A stretch of 64,000 bases of DNA from Verrucomicrobiota bacterium (GCA_049513975.1 JBEKVM010000029.1:12783-76782); one strand, 5' to 3'; positions 1-10,721 are shown, numbered from the stretch's first letter. A program made the numbers and translations. Notes: generated by a model from the sequence alone, not told the origin.

Positions 1-193
1 CTGGACACGACGGGGCCGCTGGTCGGGCCGGGCCACGCCGGGATAATAGTTGACAACGGCACGAACTGGTTCAGTTGCCATTTTGAAGCCGACGGGACGG
101 GGCGGCGCGGATCGGTGCTGGCCATGCTGCCGCTGCATTGGAAGGCCGACGGCTGGCCGGAACTGGACACCAAGGCGGCGAAATAATCCCACC

Positions 194-1657
194 ATGAATC
201 AGCCTCCAGCCGGATTTAGTTTTCAACAGGCCGCCCGGAACGCCCTCTTGCGGGCCGGATTCAAGCCGGATTTTCCCGCGCCCGTCCTGGCGCAGGTGAA
301 GGCGTTGCCGGATAGTCCTCCCGCCCCGTCCGGCGGTGATTTGCGCGATCGGCTCTGGTCGAGCATTGACAACCCGGACTCGCGCGATCTGGACCAGGTG
401 GAATGGGCGGAACGGCTGCCCGATGGCAACATCCGGGTGCTGGTGGGCGTCGCGGACGTGGATGCGGTGGTGAAGAGCGGCACGCCGGCCGATCTGCACG
501 CCCGGGACAACGCCACGTCGGTCTATACCGGCGGGCCGGTTTTTTCCATGCTGCCGGAAAGGCTTTCCACGGATTTGACCTCGCTGCGTCAAGATGAAGA
601 CCGGGCGGCGCTGATCATGGAGTTTGTGATGGGCGCGGAAGGGGAGGTCAAGTGCGCGGACGTCCGCACGGCGAGGTTGCGCAACAAGGCGCGGTTGAAT
701 TACGACCAAGCGGGCCAGTGGCTGGACGGAAAGGCCGGGGCTCCCTGTGAAGGCGCCGCCCCGGCGGGCCTGTGCGAACAATTGCGCTTGCAGCAGGAGG
801 CCAGCCAGCGCTTGAAGCGGTTCCGCGAGGAACGCGGCGCGCTGACGCTGGGCGACGTGGAAAGCGTGCCCATCGTGGTGGACGACCAGGTGCAGCGGTT
901 CGCGATTTTGCAGGAGAATTCGGCGCGGGACATCATCGAAAGTTTCATGATAGCGGCCAACGTGGCCATGGCGCGGTTTCTGCGGGAGCGGAATTCGCCC
1001 TGTCTGCGGCGGGTGGTGCGGACGCCCAAACGCTGGGACCGCATCCAGGAAATCGCCGGGCAACTGGGCTTCAAATTGCCGACGGATCCCGACCCGAAGG
1101 CGCTGGGGGAATTTTTGGAGCAAAGGAGGCAGGCCGATGCGATCCGTTTTCCCGAGTTGTCGCTGGCGATTTTGAAATCGCTGGGACCGGGGGTATATGT
1201 GGTGGAACGGCCGGGAACGGAGCACGAAGGGCATTTCGGACTGGCGCTCAACGATTACTCGCATTCCACGGCGCCGAACCGGCGCTACGCGGATTTGGCG
1301 ATGCAACGGCTGTTGAAGGCGAGCCTGAGCGGCGGCGCGGCGCCATATACGGAAGCCGAGCTGTCCGGTCTGGCCGATCACTGCACGGAGCGGGAGTCTG
1401 CGGCGCGGAAGGTGGAACGGTTCATGAAAAAGGTGGCGGCGGCGGCGATGCTGGCTTCGCAAATCGGGCAGGATTTTGAGGCGATTGTCACCGGCGCCTC
1501 GGAGAAGGGAACCTACGCGCGGTTGCTGAAGGTGCCGGCGGAAGGCCGGATTGTCCGTGGCGAAAGGGGGCTGGATGTGGGCGAGACAACCCGGGTGCGC
1601 CTGCTGGGGGTGAACGCGGAGCGTGGATTTATTGATTTCGAGCGCATCGCGGGTTAG
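194..1657 (+). CDS. RNB-domain 3'-5' exoribonuclease (RNase II/R family)
   Basis: ORF 50..1657. RNB-like core (HFGLALNDYSHSTAPNRRYADL) with an S1-like C-terminal tail. First ATG at 194 (MNQPPAG) preferred as start. Confidence 0.75.
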   Translation: MNQPPAGFSFQQAARNALLRAGFKPDFPAPVLAQVKALPDSPPAPSGGDLRDRLWSSIDNPDSRDLDQVEWAERLPDGNIRVLVGVADVDAVVKSGTPADLHARDNATSVYTGGPVFSMLPERLSTDLTSLRQDEDRAALIMEFVMGAEGEVKCADVRTARLRNKARLNYDQAGQWLDGKAGAPCEGAAPAGLCEQLRLQQEASQRLKRFREERGALTLGDVESVPIVVDDQVQRFAILQENSARDIIESFMIAANVAMARFLRERNSPCLRRVVRTPKRWDRIQEIAGQLGFKLPTDPDPKALGEFLEQRRQADAIRFPELSLAILKSLGPGVYVVERPGTEHEGHFGLALNDYSHSTAPNRRYADLAMQRLLKASLSGGAAPYTEAELSGLADHCTERESAARKVERFMKKVAAAAMLASQIGQDFEAIVTGASEKGTYARLLKVPAEGRIVRGERGLDVGETTRVRLLGVNAERGFIDFERIAG

Positions 1658-3768
1658 AAGCGCGCGGTGAGGGCGACGCCCCAGGTTTCCGGATCGCCGG
1701 GCTGGAGGATCAAGGAACTGAAGCCGGAGGCGGAAGCGGGGCCGGCGCCAAAGTTTTGGGCGTTGCTGAAGTAATGGCGGTCGAAAACATTTCGAGCGAA
1801 CAAACAAGCTTCAAAATTCCTGGTCTGGAAACCAATCTGCAGGTTGACCAGTTCATAGGAATCTTGCACGGTTGGCCCGGCCAGAGGGGCGCCGGTGTCG
1901 TCCAGGTGATAGCGTCCGATGCCAATGACGTCGCCGCGAACATAGGTGCGCCATGGAAGGCGATACGTGGCGGACAAATCGGCGGTAAATTCAGGGACGA
2001 AGCTGATGGGGTGGCCGGCGAGTTGGACGGGGAGGCCGCTGCTGGTGTCAAGAAAATTTTCGTAAGTGGCGCAAGTGTAACCGGCCGCGGCGCTCAACTC
2101 CAGGTCTTCCACCGGTTTGGCGGTGAGTTCCAGTTCCGCCCCGTAGCTGACGGCGCGATGGGCATTGAGCAGGCTGGCGATGAGGGGGTCCAGAGGCGAG
2201 ACCCTGATGACCTGACAGCCCCTGGTGTCGGTGTAAAACAAGGCCGCCCGGGTGGTGTATTTGTTGTCGTCACACGAGTTTTTGAGGCCCAATTCGTACT
2301 GCCAGGATCTGGCGGGCTGATAGGCATTATTGTTGATGAAGGAATTGAACCCGCCGCTTTGATAACCCTGGGCGACGCTGGCGTAGATTTCAGTTTGGGG
2401 CGTGAAATGCCAGGCGGCGGCAAACTTGGGCTGCACGGCGGAGAAGTCGGCGGAGGAATTAACGGGGGCCGGGCCGCCCAACGGGTTGACCACCGAGCCG
2501 TGGATGGACCGGTCGTCAAAAGTGGCGCGGAGTCCGGCGGTTAAATCCAGTTTTTCAAAGAGCGTGTAAGTGCCCTGTCCAAACCCGGCATAGGTTTGCC
2601 CGTCGGAATCGGTCACGCTGGGGGTGCCGCCGACGTAGCCGGAATCGGCGCGGAGGTCGTTGTCCAGGAAATAGAAGCCGGCCAGCCATTTGAAGGTGTC
2701 GGCGGTGTCGGGAGATTTCACGTGGAGCTCCTCGCCCCATTGTTCGAGGCGCGGCCGGGTGAAGCCTTCGGCGATGGGCAGGGCGGAAAAATCAAAGTCT
2801 TGCAACAGATTCTGCTTCCAATCCCGGTGGGTGGCGACCGAGGAGATGAGGGCCGGGCCGGTGTCGTAGGAAATTTTGAGGGCCTGATTGTCATCGGCGG
2901 CGTTGACGAAGCCGTCCACATTGCGATTGACGGCGAAGGGGCTGGGATCGGGCGGGACCGGCAGGGCCGGCGGAGCGGCAAAGGTAAAAGGGCCGGGGCG
3001 GTAGGTGGGGACAAATCCGTCATGGAACCGTTCCCCCGTGGCGGTGAAGGCGATTTTCCACGGTTCGCCGGGCGTCCAAATCAGTTCGGCCCGGCCGCTG
3101 AGTGTATCCTGCGTGTCCGGGTAATCATGGAGGAAGAGGTTGTGGACGTAGCCATCGCGAAAGCCGTAAAGGCCGGACAGATTCAAATAGAGTTGATTGT
3201 TGATGAGCGCGCCGCCGGCGCCGAGTTGATAACTCTGCGCGTTGTAATCGCCAAAACTGAGCGTGCCGGAGCCGTGCCAGTCGTTGCCGGGTTGCCTGGT
3301 GGTGATGTTCATGACGCCGCCCATGCCGCTCGCGCCGTAAAGCGTTCCTTGCTCGCCGCGGGCGAACTGAATGCCGGCCACGTCGTAGAGCGGCATGGCC
3401 CGGGAATTGAGATCGAAATAGGGAACATCGTCCACGTACATGCCGAGGACCGGTTCGCCGACGCCGAAACTGTTTTCGCGCAAGCCGCGGATGGAGAACT
3501 TGGGGGTGCGGTCGTCATTGGCGCCGAACACCGTGAGATTGGGCGTCTGGGCGGACAGGTCGCGGACGGAAGTGATTTCGCCGGGGCGCACCTCCTCGCC
3601 GGAGACCAGGGTGGTGGCGCTGCTGTCGGCCTGGGGAATGGGGGCGATGGAGACGCCTTCGACGGTGACGGGGGGCAATTGGCGGGTCTCGTTGGTGGGT
3701 TGGGCCGCGAGGGAAAAGAGGCCGAGATGAAGCAAGCCGGCAAGGGCGGCGGTCTTGAGATATTTCAT
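1654..3768 (-). CDS. TonB-dependent outer-membrane receptor
   Basis: ORF 1654..3828. Signal peptide from MKYLKTAALAG (ATG at 3768), plug-like N-terminus, long beta-barrel region, terminal aromatic ...LTARF. Confidence 0.85.
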   Translation of the reverse strand: MKYLKTAALAGLLHLGLFSLAAQPTNETRQLPPVTVEGVSIAPIPQADSSATTLVSGEEVRPGEITSVRDLSAQTPNLTVFGANDDRTPKFSIRGLRENSFGVGEPVLGMYVDDVPYFDLNSRAMPLYDVAGIQFARGEQGTLYGASGMGGVMNITTRQPGNDWHGSGTLSFGDYNAQSYQLGAGGALINNQLYLNLSGLYGFRDGYVHNLFLHDYPDTQDTLSGRAELIWTPGEPWKIAFTATGERFHDGFVPTYRPGPFTFAAPPALPVPPDPSPFAVNRNVDGFVNAADDNQALKISYDTGPALISSVATHRDWKQNLLQDFDFSALPIAEGFTRPRLEQWGEELHVKSPDTADTFKWLAGFYFLDNDLRADSGYVGGTPSVTDSDGQTYAGFGQGTYTLFEKLDLTAGLRATFDDRSIHGSVVNPLGGPAPVNSSADFSAVQPKFAAAWHFTPQTEIYASVAQGYQSGGFNSFINNNAYQPARSWQYELGLKNSCDDNKYTTRAALFYTDTRGCQVIRVSPLDPLIASLLNAHRAVSYGAELELTAKPVEDLELSAAAGYTCATYENFLDTSSGLPVQLAGHPISFVPEFTADLSATYRLPWRTYVRGDVIGIGRYHLDDTGAPLAGPTVQDSYELVNLQIGFQTRNFEACLFARNVFDRHYFSNAQNFGAGPASASGFSSLILQPGDPETWGVALTARF

Positions 3769-3884
3769 TTTATTGACGTGTCCTGCTTGAAACGCGCGGA
3801 TAAAACCAGCCCGGCGCGGGAATTGCAATGAATTTTTTGGCTTGATTTGGCGTGATTGGAATGGCTCATGTTTTTTGATGAATC

Positions 3885-4505
3885 ATGCCGGATAATTTCG
3901 CCCTGCTGAACGAGCCGCGCCGGCCCTGGCTGGATGCGGCGTTGCTGAAACAAAAGTTTCTCGCCCTTTCGTCTGAAATTCACCCGGACCGCGCGCACGA
4001 GGCGGGGGAAGCGGCACGGGAGGCCGCGACGCGCTGTTTTGCGGAGGTGAACGCGGCCTGGCAATGCCTGCGGGAACCGAAGGAGCGGCTGGGACATTTG
4101 CTGGAATTGGAATTGGGGGCGCGGCCCGCGGACGCGCAGGATGTGCCGGCGGCGGCGATGGATTTGTTTTTTGAAACGGGCCGGATTTGCCGGGAGACGG
4201 ACGCGTTTTTGGCGGCGAAAGGGAAAACCAGCTCGCCAGTGGTCAAGGCGCAAATGTTCGGGCGGGGAATGGAACTGGCCGGACAGTTGAACGGGCTGCA
4301 GCAAGTCATCCAACGGCGGCGGGAGGAGTTGCTGGCGGAGCTGCCGGGTCTGAATGCGGCGTGGGAGGCGGCGCCGGCGGCGGGGACGGCGGAGCGGGCG
4401 GCGGCGCTGCCGCTGGAGTCGCTGGAGCGGGTGTACCGGATGTTGAGCTACATCGCGCGCTGGACCGGACAAATCGAGGAACGGGTGGTGCAGCTTTCGT
4501 TTTGA
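3885..4505 (+). CDS. J-domain co-chaperone (HscB/DnaJ-like)
   Basis: N-terminal J-domain signature with HPD motif (SSEIHPDRAHE) in a 206-aa ORF. Confidence 0.6.
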   Translation: MPDNFALLNEPRRPWLDAALLKQKFLALSSEIHPDRAHEAGEAAREAATRCFAEVNAAWQCLREPKERLGHLLELELGARPADAQDVPAAAMDLFFETGRICRETDAFLAAKGKTSSPVVKAQMFGRGMELAGQLNGLQQVIQRRREELLAELPGLNAAWEAAPAAGTAERAAALPLESLERVYRMLSYIARWTGQIEERVVQLSF

Positions 4506-4613
4506 GCCGCAGGCGGGCAGTCAGGATATAAGGATTATTACTTGAATGTTTGGCAGGGACGTGGTTAACTAACTTTGAAGAGAGAAAGCCCTCGACTTAA
4601 GGAGAGACGCATC

Positions 4614-7600
4614 ATGCGCGCAAAAGAATTATTTGCCGGCAGGCCCGTCCATTTCCTGGTGCAGCCTAAACATCTTTTCCTTGCAGCGCTCATGCTGTTG
4701 CCGGCGGCGGCGGTTCCCAACGGCTCGGCGCAAGATGCGGCGCAGTTGATTTCCACCCATTCCAGCGCGCTGCCTTTGCCCGCCGGGGGCAACGGCGACT
4801 CGGTGGATCCGCAAATCAGCCCGGACGGACGGTTTGTGCTGTTTAACAGCACGGCGGGGAATTTGGCGCCGAATACGGGCGGGCAGTTGTGTTCCCAAGT
4901 TTATCTGCGCGACCGCGCCAGCAATACGACGACGCTGGTGAGCGTCAATCTCAATGGTTTTGGCGGGAACGGGAATTCGAGTTACGGGGGGATGACGCCG
5001 GACGGGCGCTATGTGGTGTTCACGAGCGATGCGAGCGATTTGGCGGCCGGAGAAACGAATAGATTCAGCGAGATATTTGTGCGGGACATGGCGGCCGGGA
5101 CGACGGTGCTGGCGAGCGTGTCCACCGGCGGGGTGGAAGGGAACGGAGTATCCAGTCATCCGGTCATGACGCCGGACGGGCGTTACGTGGCCTTCATCAG
5201 CACGGCGGGCAATCTGGCCGGTGGAGGCCAGGATAATCCTGACATTTTCCTGCGCGATCTGGCGGGGCAGACGACCGTGGCGATGAGCACGGCCGCCATC
5301 GGTTCCTCGTCCGGGGCAGCGATTTCCAGTCTTACGATCACGCCGAACGGGAGATATGTGGCGTTTGTCAGCACGGCGCTGAACTTGGTATCCGGCGTGA
5401 CGCAAGCCGGGGGCGAAGTCTATGTGCGCGACTTTACTGGGGGCGGGATCATTTGGGCGAGCAGCAATGCCACGACCACGGCCAAAGCGATTTTGGGAGG
5501 AAGCGCCACGCCGTCCTCCGAACACCCGGTCATCAGCGACGACGGGACGTGGGTGGCCTTCAAGACGGGGTCAAATAGCGTGTCGGGCGGCCGGGCCGTG
5601 ATTTTTGAATATAACACCGGTTCGGCGGCGCTGACGACGGTTTATACCAACGGGATATACGCGCTGCCGTGGAGCGACGATTTTTATGGGCCGGAAATGA
5701 CGCCGGACGGACGGTTCCTAGCATTCACGTCGGGAGAACAGGGGACCAACATTTATGGCAGCATCCGCCTTTGGGATTCCCAAACCGGCACCAATGCGCT
5801 GGTCAGCACGAATGGCAGCGGGGTGTATTCGGCCAACACCCTGGCGCAGGCGGCGTCGGTCACGCCGGACGGACATTATGTGGTGTTCCTGAGCAACGCG
5901 GGGGATTTGACGGGCAACACGGTTTCCAACGGCTCGCATATTTTCCGGCGCGACATGCCGGGAGGAAGCATGACGCTGGTGGATGTGGATACCAACGGGG
6001 CTGGCTCGACCGATTTCACGGGGACGTGCCCAAGTATCAGCAGCAACGGCCAGTTCATCGCCTTTTCCGGGCCGGATGGCGGACTGGTACCGTTGGACTT
6101 TAACGGCGCGAATGATGTGTTTGTAAGGGACGCGACCGGCGGGACGACGCAATTGATTTCGCAACGCAATCCATCCGTGCCGACACGGTCAGGCGACCGG
6201 TACAGTTCGGAAGATCCGCTTTCGATCAGCGCGGATGGGCGCTGGGTGGCGTTTGCCAGCTACGCCAATGATCTGGTGGCAAATGACACGAACAACGCGC
6301 GGGATGTTTTTGTGTGCGACCGCTGGAGCGGAAGCAACATTTTGGTGAGCGCCGGGCAAAGCGGAGGTTGCGCGCTGGGAGGGGACTCGATGACGCCGGT
6401 GATCAGCAGCAACGGGCAATACGTGGCGTTTGTCAGCGCGGCGACGAATCTGACCTCGGGCAATGTGATAACCAATGCCGGCACTTACAACGTTTATCGG
6501 CGAGACCTTCAGGCCCAGACGACGGTGCTGGCGAGCGTGAGCACCAATGGGGTGACGACGGGGGACAACGACTCGACCGGCCCGGTGATCAGCCAGGATG
6601 GACGGTATGTGGCGTTTCTGAGCAGGGCGCGCAACCTGGCGGCGGGGCTGACCGGAAGCGGGCCGAGCACGTTCTGGTACGATCTCGACGCGGGAACATC
6701 GCTGGCCCTGGGAGGAACAGGATGGGCGGGAGCTGCACCGACAATGAGCGCCGACGGACGTTACATTGCTTATGACATCCAACCCCAGGCGGTGTACGTT
6801 TGGGACACGCAGCAGGGGAAAAATATATTCACCAACTCCGGCGGTTTCGAGACGATCAGTCCCGACGGGTCGCGCCTGCTCTACGAATTGTTCCCCTCTG
6901 GCACGATCAAGGTCCAGGACTTGGTCAACGGAACCAACATGCTCACGGTCACGGGCGCGCCCAAGATCCGAAGTCCGGGGGTCTGGAGCGGGGACGGGCG
7001 GTTTGTCGCGCTGGTAACCTCTGTGGCGCTATCGGGACTGGACGGCAATCATACGAACGACGTTTATCTGGCCGATCTGCTTGCCGGGACGAACATTCTC
7101 GTCAGCGTGAATTCGAGTCTGACGGGGAGCGGGAATGCCGCGTCCGATTCGCCGGCGGTGAGTTGGGACGGGCGGTACGTGATCTTTCGCAGTTTTTCCA
7201 CCAATCTTGTCGCCGGGCACACCAACGCGCCCGACCTGTATCTCTACGACCGCATCAACGGCACGAACAGCCTTTTGACTCTGGAGCGACCGGCATCGGA
7301 CTGGATGCAGCGGCCGTCCAAACCGGTGATCAGCGTGGATGTCAGTTCGGCGGTGTTCCAAAGCTATGGCTCCGGACTGGGTCTCGGCCATGTCAGCCGG
7401 TTGCAGGACGTGTTCGCCGCCCTCCTGCCGCCCGCCGCGAACGCTGACAGCGACGGCGACGGCATCCCGGACTGGTGGATGATCCAGTATTTCGGGCATA
7501 TCACCGGCCAGGCCGGCGACCGGTCGCTGGCGCAGGACGATCCGAACGGCACGGGCATGACGACGTTGCAGGATTATATTGCGGGCACGAACCCGACTGA

Positions 7601-7832
7601 TCCCACGTCGGTTTTCCAAGTTTTGGTGGCGCCGCCCGGCTCGTCCGGCGGGAACGTGGCGCTGGTTTGGACCGCAGTGGCGGGGCGGAGCTACTCTGTG
7701 CAATTTAAGGACAGTCTGGATGATCCGCTCTGGCACGCCTTGGGCGGCACTCCGACGATTAACGGCAACCAGGGAGAATTTGCCGTGCCGACCGACAAGG
7801 CGAGCCGGTATTACAGGATCGTGGTGCAATAA
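4614..7832 (+). CDS. Large secreted PD40/TolB-like beta-propeller repeat protein with C-terminal Ca-binding-like DxDxDG motif
   Basis: More than 15 repeats of the type SPDGRYVAFxSxAxNL. DSDGDGIPDWW motif near the C-terminus. AAGGAG-like RBS before the ATG at 4614, followed by a hydrophobic signal region. Confidence 0.75.
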   Translation: MRAKELFAGRPVHFLVQPKHLFLAALMLLPAAAVPNGSAQDAAQLISTHSSALPLPAGGNGDSVDPQISPDGRFVLFNSTAGNLAPNTGGQLCSQVYLRDRASNTTTLVSVNLNGFGGNGNSSYGGMTPDGRYVVFTSDASDLAAGETNRFSEIFVRDMAAGTTVLASVSTGGVEGNGVSSHPVMTPDGRYVAFISTAGNLAGGGQDNPDIFLRDLAGQTTVAMSTAAIGSSSGAAISSLTITPNGRYVAFVSTALNLVSGVTQAGGEVYVRDFTGGGIIWASSNATTTAKAILGGSATPSSEHPVISDDGTWVAFKTGSNSVSGGRAVIFEYNTGSAALTTVYTNGIYALPWSDDFYGPEMTPDGRFLAFTSGEQGTNIYGSIRLWDSQTGTNALVSTNGSGVYSANTLAQAASVTPDGHYVVFLSNAGDLTGNTVSNGSHIFRRDMPGGSMTLVDVDTNGAGSTDFTGTCPSISSNGQFIAFSGPDGGLVPLDFNGANDVFVRDATGGTTQLISQRNPSVPTRSGDRYSSEDPLSISADGRWVAFASYANDLVANDTNNARDVFVCDRWSGSNILVSAGQSGGCALGGDSMTPVISSNGQYVAFVSAATNLTSGNVITNAGTYNVYRRDLQAQTTVLASVSTNGVTTGDNDSTGPVISQDGRYVAFLSRARNLAAGLTGSGPSTFWYDLDAGTSLALGGTGWAGAAPTMSADGRYIAYDIQPQAVYVWDTQQGKNIFTNSGGFETISPDGSRLLYELFPSGTIKVQDLVNGTNMLTVTGAPKIRSPGVWSGDGRFVALVTSVALSGLDGNHTNDVYLADLLAGTNILVSVNSSLTGSGNAASDSPAVSWDGRYVIFRSFSTNLVAGHTNAPDLYLYDRINGTNSLLTLERPASDWMQRPSKPVISVDVSSAVFQSYGSGLGLGHVSRLQDVFAALLPPAANADSDGDGIPDWWMIQYFGHITGQAGDRSLAQDDPNGTGMTTLQDYIAGTNPTDPTSVFQVLVAPPGSSGGNVALVWTAVAGRSYSVQFKDSLDDPLWHALGGTPTINGNQGEFAVPTDKASRYYRIVVQ

Positions 7833-7858
7833 CGAGTCCAGCGCGGCGAGGCGCCTCC

Positions 7859-8659
7859 TTACCAGAAGAAGTAAGGATCACCACCGTCGCCCGCCCTTGG
7901 CAGCATGTCGGTGAAATTCCGCCACTCGACATGGCCGTCGAGCATCCCGACATTGCCGCCGAGAGGGATCGAACCGTTCAAATGGGGACTGAGATGATGT
8001 TTTGTGTAACCACCGGGGACGACCACCCAATTGTAGGTGAGCATCGCGGCGTTAAGGGTGGGACCCGCCGGCGGAGGGACGCCATTCCCCGGGGTCAGGG
8101 TCGCGTCCGCCACAAGTGGGCGCGAGGCCGGTGTGACCGGATAATATGTGCCCAAATTGTTAACCCGCTGCATGGTCAAAGTGGCATTGATATTCGTGGA
8201 AAACAAATAGCTTCCCACCGGGGTCGTCCACATAGTGGAGACGCCTGGGACCGTGGTGGCATAACCGAGGACGCCGAACGTGCCTCCGAAATTGAAGAGG
8301 CTCCAATTATCCTGTTCCGTAAAACGCACAGATGTTCCCGGACAATATAAGGAGGTCCATTTCAGGCCGGTGTTTGTGACAAGGAAAATGTAAGCCTCCG
8401 GGGCGTCCCAAGCCCAATTGCCACCGTTAATGGTGGGAAGGTTGTCCTGGTTTTCGCCGCCATAGATTTGCAGGGCCAGGTCGTACTGCTCCAAATTGGC
8501 GGCGCACTGGGCGATGGCGGTTTTCCCGGTGACACGGCCCAGGGAGGGCAGGGCCATGACGGCCAGCAACGTCAGAACGGCCAGAAGGACCACAAGATCA
8601 ACCCGAGTGAGAGCGGAGTTGTCCGATTGCGGACGATGAAGCTTTTGGCTCATTTTCAT
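7859..8659 (-). CDS. Prepilin-type N-terminal domain / DUF1559-like (H-X9-DG-like) protein
   Basis: Hydrophobic pseudopilin-like N-terminus (LTRVDLVVLLAVLTLLAV) and C-terminal MLDGHVEW motif. AAGGAG lies 6 nt upstream of the ATG at 8659. Confidence 0.7.
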   Translation of the reverse strand: MKMSQKLHRPQSDNSALTRVDLVVLLAVLTLLAVMALPSLGRVTGKTAIAQCAANLEQYDLALQIYGGENQDNLPTINGGNWAWDAPEAYIFLVTNTGLKWTSLYCPGTSVRFTEQDNWSLFNFGGTFGVLGYATTVPGVSTMWTTPVGSYLFSTNINATLTMQRVNNLGTYYPVTPASRPLVADATLTPGNGVPPPAGPTLNAAMLTYNWVVVPGGYTKHHLSPHLNGSIPLGGNVGMLDGHVEWRNFTDMLPRAGDGGDPYFFW

Positions 8660-8744
8660 AGCACTCCTTATCAAGGATTGTTGATTCATATTCTACTTAA
8701 TTGGCTCCGCCAAAGCAAGAGGATTCGGCCAGCGGTTTCAAGCT

Positions 8745-8910
8745 CGGCCTGCGGGGAAACGCGGCGTGGGAAGCAGCGCCGGCGGCGGGTTCGGCGGGAC
8801 GGGCGGCGACGCTGCCGCTGGCGGCGTTGGAGCGGGGCTATGGGATGTTGAGCTACATCGGGCGCTGGACCGGGCAAATCGAGGAACGGGTGGCGCAGCT
8901 TTCGTTTTGA
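8745..8910 (+). pseudogene. Relic duplicate of the 3' end of the J-domain gene
   Basis: About 85% nucleotide identity to 4340..4505. Encodes LNAAWEAAPAAG...MLSYIGRWTGQIEERVAQLSF versus ...MLSYIARWTGQIEERVVQLSF, with no upstream J-domain. Confidence 0.7.
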
Positions 8911-8950
8911 CAGGGGCTATGAATTTTCTGGAAACCTCCTCTCCCCGGCC

Positions 8951-8978
8951 CTCTCCTCCACAGGTATGTGGAGGAGAG
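8951..8978 (+). terminator. 12-bp perfect hairpin after the relic gene end
   Basis: CTCTCCTCCACA-ggta-TGTGGAGGAGAG. No clear U-tract. Confidence 0.35.
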
Positions 8979-9077
8979 GGAGAAGACGCGCGGCGTTTCA
9001 AGCTTGCCGGGGAGGGGCTTAAATGAGAGGAAATGGGACGAGATTGCATGAATGAAGGTCTTTTTAGGCGGCATAGG

Positions 9078-9788
9078 ATGAGGCTGCGCGCGGCGGGGCT
9101 GGTTTTGCTGGCGCTGGCGGCCGCCCAGGCGGCGCTCCAGGCGCAAACGACCTGGCAGGAGGAGTTGGGCAAAATGCCGCTGACGAACCGCGTGGCGGAA
9201 CTGAACCGCTCGAATTGTGTGGCGGTAATGCTCGGCTCGTTTCGGCGCAATCCGGCGGTGAAGGGGTTGATTTTCATGCCGGGAGCCACGGATGAGTTTT
9301 ATTTCTTCCGGCGCGCGCGCGCCCGGCTGACCAACAGTTCGCCCACGCTGCTGGACGCGGTGGCGGCGCTGACGAACCAGACTTACATCCGCGCCACGGT
9401 GCGGGCGCCTTTTCTGCTGTTGCACACGGCGGAAGATCCGCTGGAGCCGATCGAGGTGGTGTTGGACGCGAAGGCGGCCGACGCGGCGAGGCGGCACAAA
9501 TTCGCCCGGGAGGCGCTCTATAATGACCGCGATTGGGATTACATGGAGCACCTGCTGGGGTTCTATCTCAACACCACGATGATTCCGAGGCCAAGGTCGC
9601 CTGACTCGAATCATTTCTTCCGCAACAGTTTTGTCGCGTTCGACCTGAACGGCTGGGAAGCGCTGGAGGCGTCGGCGCTGGCGGGGAAAACGAAATTTAC
9701 AGTCAAGAAGAGGTCCATTGTTTTTGAGGGGGACGCGCGGGAATTGGGCAAGCCGCCCATGGATGGGTTTTCCCTGATGCCGCATTGA
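9078..9788 (+). CDS. Hypothetical secreted protein
   Basis: ORF 9033..9788. Signal-like MRLRAAGLVLLALAAAQAALQA starts at the ATG at 9078. No recognisable domain. Confidence 0.5.
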   Translation: MRLRAAGLVLLALAAAQAALQAQTTWQEELGKMPLTNRVAELNRSNCVAVMLGSFRRNPAVKGLIFMPGATDEFYFFRRARARLTNSSPTLLDAVAALTNQTYIRATVRAPFLLLHTAEDPLEPIEVVLDAKAADAARRHKFAREALYNDRDWDYMEHLLGFYLNTTMIPRPRSPDSNHFFRNSFVAFDLNGWEALEASALAGKTKFTVKKRSIVFEGDARELGKPPMDGFSLMPH

Positions 9789-9907
9789 AGGAAGTGGGGA
9801 ATGCAGAGTGGGGAGTGCAGCGTGTAAAGTCAAAAAAAGTCCCCGGCCGCGGGATGGCCGCGGACGGGGATTGGGGACGGGGCGAATCGGATTGGGCGCA
9901 GCGTCAA

Positions 9908-10330
9908 TTACTGGTCATCCGGAGGCGGGCCGCCACCGCCAGGGCCATCCGGGCCGCCAGGACCACGGCCACCGGGACCACCAGGTCCACCTGGGCCGCC
10001 GAAGCCACCGGGGCCGCCCCGGCGCATCGGCGGGCCGAGCAAATCTTCCGGGGTCAAGGTGGTGGCGCCATTTTTGAGGAGTGTTTTCAAGGCGGCGGGA
10101 GCGTTGGCGATTTCGTTGGCATCAATCACGCCGTCGTGATTGGTGTCCAGCGCGAGGAAAACCGGCGGCAACGGGCGGCGTGCGCCCGGCCCGCCTTGCC
10201 GGCCCGGGGGCGGTCCGCCATTACCCCCCTGGCCCCCGGGGCCGGGGCCGTTATCCTGTTGGGCGATGATCACCCAGGTTGAAGCGCCGAGCGCCAACAT
10301 GGCCAGAACTGCTTTTGTCATTGTCTTCAT
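9908..10330 (-). CDS. Secreted EF-hand calcium-binding protein with Gly/Pro-rich tails
   Basis: Start MKTMTKAVLAMLALGAS (ATG at 10330). EF-hand loop DTNHDGVIDANE. GPGG-rich flanks. Confidence 0.7.
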   Translation of the reverse strand: MKTMTKAVLAMLALGASTWVIIAQQDNGPGPGGQGGNGGPPPGRQGGPGARRPLPPVFLALDTNHDGVIDANEIANAPAALKTLLKNGATTLTPEDLLGPPMRRGGPGGFGGPGGPGGPGGRGPGGPDGPGGGGPPPDDQ

Positions 10331-10721
10331 ATTTTGATTCCTTTCGTTGATTCGTTGTTTTGCGTGTTTGTCAAAGGCTGCTCCGACCACCGCGCGGGAG
10401 ACGCCGAGGTCGAAACAGAAAATTCGGTGGCCGGATAAAACCGCACTGGGAGCCGTGCGCGGCAATAGGCGGCGGGGGCCCTTTTGCCGGAGCGGCTGGA
10501 AGGGGAGAGGAGCATGAGCAGGAAGGGGGGGCCGGCGTTTTTCAGAGGCAGCATTTGAATCTTCATGCTGCCACGATACATCAGTGAACCTTAAGGGGAC
10601 GTTAAGGCTGAAATTTATTTGAAAAAAGTTTTTGGGGCGTTCTTCATGCAAACTTAAGGTTGGTTGTGAGAGAGTGACGGCGGGGCGGGGAGGTGTTAAA
10701 GTTCCCGCCGCCCGATGACGC

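Noticed and set aside
71-1807. Long antisense or overlapping ORFs. Examples: 71..1807(-), 19530..21209(+), 24955..26799(+), 40534..42858(-), 58288..60957(+), 35577..36614(-).
   Set aside because: They lie opposite or out of frame to genes with clear family signatures and have Arg/Pro/Gly/Ala-rich low-complexity translations typical of shadow ORFs in GC-rich DNA. 58288..60957 is a frame running across three real glycosyltransferase genes.
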